Source of the DNA: Squalus acanthias
Taxonomy: Eukaryota
DNA: 64,000 bases
NCBI GenBank assembly: GCA_030390025.1
Contig: CM059431.1
Span: forward strand, 153,948,001 to 154,012,000
Direction: 5' to 3'
In this document: piece by piece, positions 60,717 to 64,000 of the stretch
Layout: every line of letters begins with the position of its first letter
Numbering within the stretch: the stretch's first letter is position 1
The notes under the pieces: model-generated
The model's input: only the letters and a program-made list of their open reading frames with translations
The model's database searches: none
What the model was told of the DNA's origin: nothing
Program-made: the position numbers and the translations under genes

Positions 60717-62674
60717 GTAAGATTGCACCGCCGACGGTAAAGATGCAGGAAATACAAATAGTGAAATAACCAGTTGCATTTTTGGTGGAGAAAAAGAAAT
60801 ACACCACACACTTTGTTATTCTCTCCCTAAATTATCCAGCTCTACGTCCCCTGGTAATCATTAAACTTATGCTCTAAAACCTACTTTCTTGACTGCACTT
60901 CATCTACATCTTCTTGAACCCTTATTATCATTTTCGTTGTCCCGGATGTGTGTTTTCTTGAATCAGTAATACTTCCTTTAGGCGCCTTGGAATATTTATT
61001 TTCCACGTTAAAGACGCCGTACAAATGCAAGTTGTTGATGATGAGGTTTTGCCTTTATTAATGGAGATAACTCTCACCCTTTTCTCCGAACCGACTCCCG
61101 CAAATCCCTCTGAGTTTTATAGTGATGTACGTTCAGTTCTTTAATTATACCAGCTACTGTCATGTATTGCCTAAATTATTGATGACTGCGTGATTATTTT
61201 CTATTCATATCGCAAACTGTTTTCCCAAAATTATTTCCTTATTACTCGGTGTAATGATATCTACAAAAATTAGTGTGATTGCAATTGACTTCACAATATT
61301 TCCATTTCACTTGTTAACCCGATCACCGTTTCCTTTCGCTGTTCAATGGTATATCTTGTACATTTGAGCACCCGCTTGATCTTGGAGTTAAGAGAAATAA
61401 ATTAATGTAACATTCATCAATCGATAGGTTTCGAGTCGGACGCCCCCGTAAACTGCTAACGCCGCATTCCTGCCAATAAAAGGAAGAGAACTCTTGTATT
61501 ATCTGATAAATTAATTTCAGGTAAATCACAGCAGGATGCCGGTTAAGTAAGCAACGTCAAGAGGAAGTATCTTTGTCGGCGGGGGGAATAGAAGGAATAA
61601 CGAAATACATGTGAACCATAAGGAGTTAGTGAAGCATGGGGAGGCAGAATTAACAAAAAATGAAGTAGGCAGATGCCCGGATGAAGTAGAGTACGATGCG
61701 AGAAAAGTATCGAGTGCGAAATGTGAATTACATACGATTACATAGGAGATACCTCAAAGAACAGGCGATTCCGCCCATCAGACCATGCCGGCGTTTGTGC
61801 TCCACTCAAGCTGTGGAAATGCAAGTTGTTGTTGTGAATTATGTGACTTATTTCTTTGTTATACTAGGTATCAAACAGCAGATAACTGAGTTTTACAAGG
61901 TCTCAAACTTAGTTCTAAATTAATTCCGAAAAATAAACCAGCTATATTTTGGAGAAATTACTGATCCGAGACTGAAACTACATTTCCCCAGTGGGGAAAG
62001 GAAATTACACTGACTGAGAGTTTGATTGGACGCACGTGTGTGAACACACACAGCGAGACGCGCGCACAAGTGGAGAATTGTGATTGTAAAACAGCAGTTA
62101 AATCTACCACTTGTATATTAATGGCCAATTCTGAGATTGTAAGATCCCTAAATATATTCCAGAAATCAATGCTGTGCATCATCTCACTGTTTAAAGTTAC
62201 ATGATTCATAATATTATTCATAAGTTTTAATATTAGTGGAACAGTGGTAAGTGACCTCACCTTTTACAGTGCTGATTCCTCAGGTGCTGACACCATGAGA
62301 GATATGGTCAATATATTCAAATAGAAGCACCAAACAGGACACATCTCCAGTAATACACGGACAATGCCACAGCCCATAGAGACCAGAGGGTTCAGATCTC
62401 GACATATATTGTGTGTGGATAGATATCATAGTCATAAACTACCAGAATTTAATATCAAAATTCAGCAAATCCAAAATATTAAACAAAAATCGGTGAATAA
62501 ATATATTATACCGCCAGAGTGTGAAACCCAGTGCTCCATATTTCCCTGCAGAATATTCTCTACCTCAAGAATAAGGCTGGTTTTGGCGTGCACTGTGAGT
62601 AAAGCTTACAAACGGGCACTCTCAGTGCGGAGTCCCGGCCGACGGGAGCACATCTGGAACTCGGTTGTGGAGAT

Positions 62675-62990
62675 CAGCAACAAATTGTATTTATATAGCG
62701 CGTCGATAGGAGTAAAACGTCCCAAATCCGCTTCACAGGTGTATTATAAGTCAAAAACTTGATACCGAGCCAGGTGAGGAGAAATTAGGATAGATAACTA
62801 AAAGCTTGTTCAAAGACGTAGGTTTTAAGGAGCGACTTAAAGAAGGAAAGTGAAGTGGAGAGTCAGAGAGTTTTAGGGAGGGATTTCCAGAAATTAGGGC
62901 CTAGGCAACAGATGGCACGGCCACCAATGCTTGAGCGATTATTATCAGGGATGCTCAAGAGGGCAGAATTATAGGAGCGCATTTATCTCG
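62675..62990 (-). mobile_element. L2-like LINE 3' end
   Basis: CAACAAATTGTATTTATATAGCG tail and L2-type 3' sequence. Confidence 0.55.
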
Positions 62991-63009
62991 CGGCGGGGGG
63001 GGGGACTTT

Positions 63010-64000
63010 TTACCGTTTACGGGATGTGGGCGTCGCTAGAAAGGCCAGCATTTATTGCAAAACCCTAATTGCCCTTGAGAAGGTGCTGGTGACCTGCCTT
63101 ATTGAAAAGCTGCGGTCCGTGTGGTGAAGATACTCCCATAGTGCTGTTATTTACAGAGTTCCAGGATTTTGGTCCAGCGACGATGAAGGATCAGCGATAT
63201 ACTTCTAAGTCAGGATGGTGTGTGACTTGAGGGGGAACCTGGAGGTGGTGGTGTTCCCATGCGCCTGCTGTCCTTGTCCTTCTAGCTGGTAGAGGTCGCG
63301 GGTTTGGGAGGTGCTGCCAAAGTATCCTTGGCGAGTTGCTGTAGTGCATCTTCTCGATGGTACACACTGCAGCCACGGTACGCCGGTGGCGGAGGTAGTG
63401 AATGTATAACGTGTTGGATGGGGTGCCAATCAAGCGGGCTGCTTTGTCCTGGATTGTGTCGAGGTTCTTGAGTGTTGCTGGAGCTGCACTTATCCAGGCA
63501 AATGGAGAATATTCCATCACACTCCTTACTTGTGACTTGTAGATGATGAAAAGATGTTGGGGAGTCAGAGGTGATACACTCGCCTAAGAATACCTAGCCT
63601 CTGAACTGCGCTTGTTGCCACAGCTTTTATGCGGCTGATCTAGTTAAGTTTCAGGTCAACGGTTACCCCCAGGGTATTGATGGTTGGAGATTCGACGTTG
63701 AATGTCAAGGGGAGGTGGTTAGACTCTCACTTGTTGGAGATAGTCATTGCCAGGCACTTCTGTGGCGCGAATGTTACCTGTCAATTATCAGCACAAGCCT
63801 GAACGTCGTCCAAGTCTTGTTGCATGCGGGCATGGACAGCTAAATTATGTTAGGAATTGTGAATGGCGCTGAACACTGTGCAGTCTTCAGCGAACATCCC
63901 CATTTCTCACCTTTTGTTGGAGGGAAGGTCATTGATGAAGCAGCTGAAGATGGTTGGGTCTAGGACACTGCCCTGAGGAACTCCTGCAGCGATATCCTGG
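63010..64000 (-). mobile_element. CR1-group (L2-like) LINE 3' region, runs off the window
   Basis: ORF 63191-63520 MEYSPFAW..LDTIQDKAARLI..HRRTVAA is an RT C-terminal region. Confidence 0.75.

Noticed and set aside
60445..60807. Hydrophobic 120-aa minus-strand ORF
   Set aside because: It is the antisense shadow of the plus-strand TM exon candidate and runs into a CR1 fragment.

Overview
Vertebrate genomic DNA, most likely from a shark or ray (inferred from the V-SINE/HE1-type SINEs and dense CR1 LINEs). Most of the window is nested retroelements. The centrepiece is a ~20 kb minus-strand endogenous retrovirus (16876-36929) with two ~1.5 kb LTRs, gag with a CCHC knuckle, in-frame pol (PR-RT-tether-RNase H-IN) and an env. 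That env resembles a paramyxo/pneumovirus F protein (lokiretrovirus-like) and appears to carry an Ig-like domain. The provirus split an older CR1 and was later hit by a full-length CR1, by a young CR1 with an intact 955-codon ORF2, and by a SINE. The intact CR1 has no AUG upstream of its endonuclease domain; ORF1 instead ends in T_TTA_AAC_TAG overlapping ORF2 in the -1 frame, suggesting programmed -1 frameshifting. Between the repeats are plus-strand remnants of a host type I membrane protein gene: two paralogous decayed SEA-like exon blocks, a Cys-rich exon and a transmembrane exon. Also present are a Penelope RT fragment, a minimal hammerhead ribozyme insertion, MITEs, tRNA relics and a ~400 bp foldback. 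Everything was read by eye; no alignments or database searches were run, and boundaries of old repeats are approximate.
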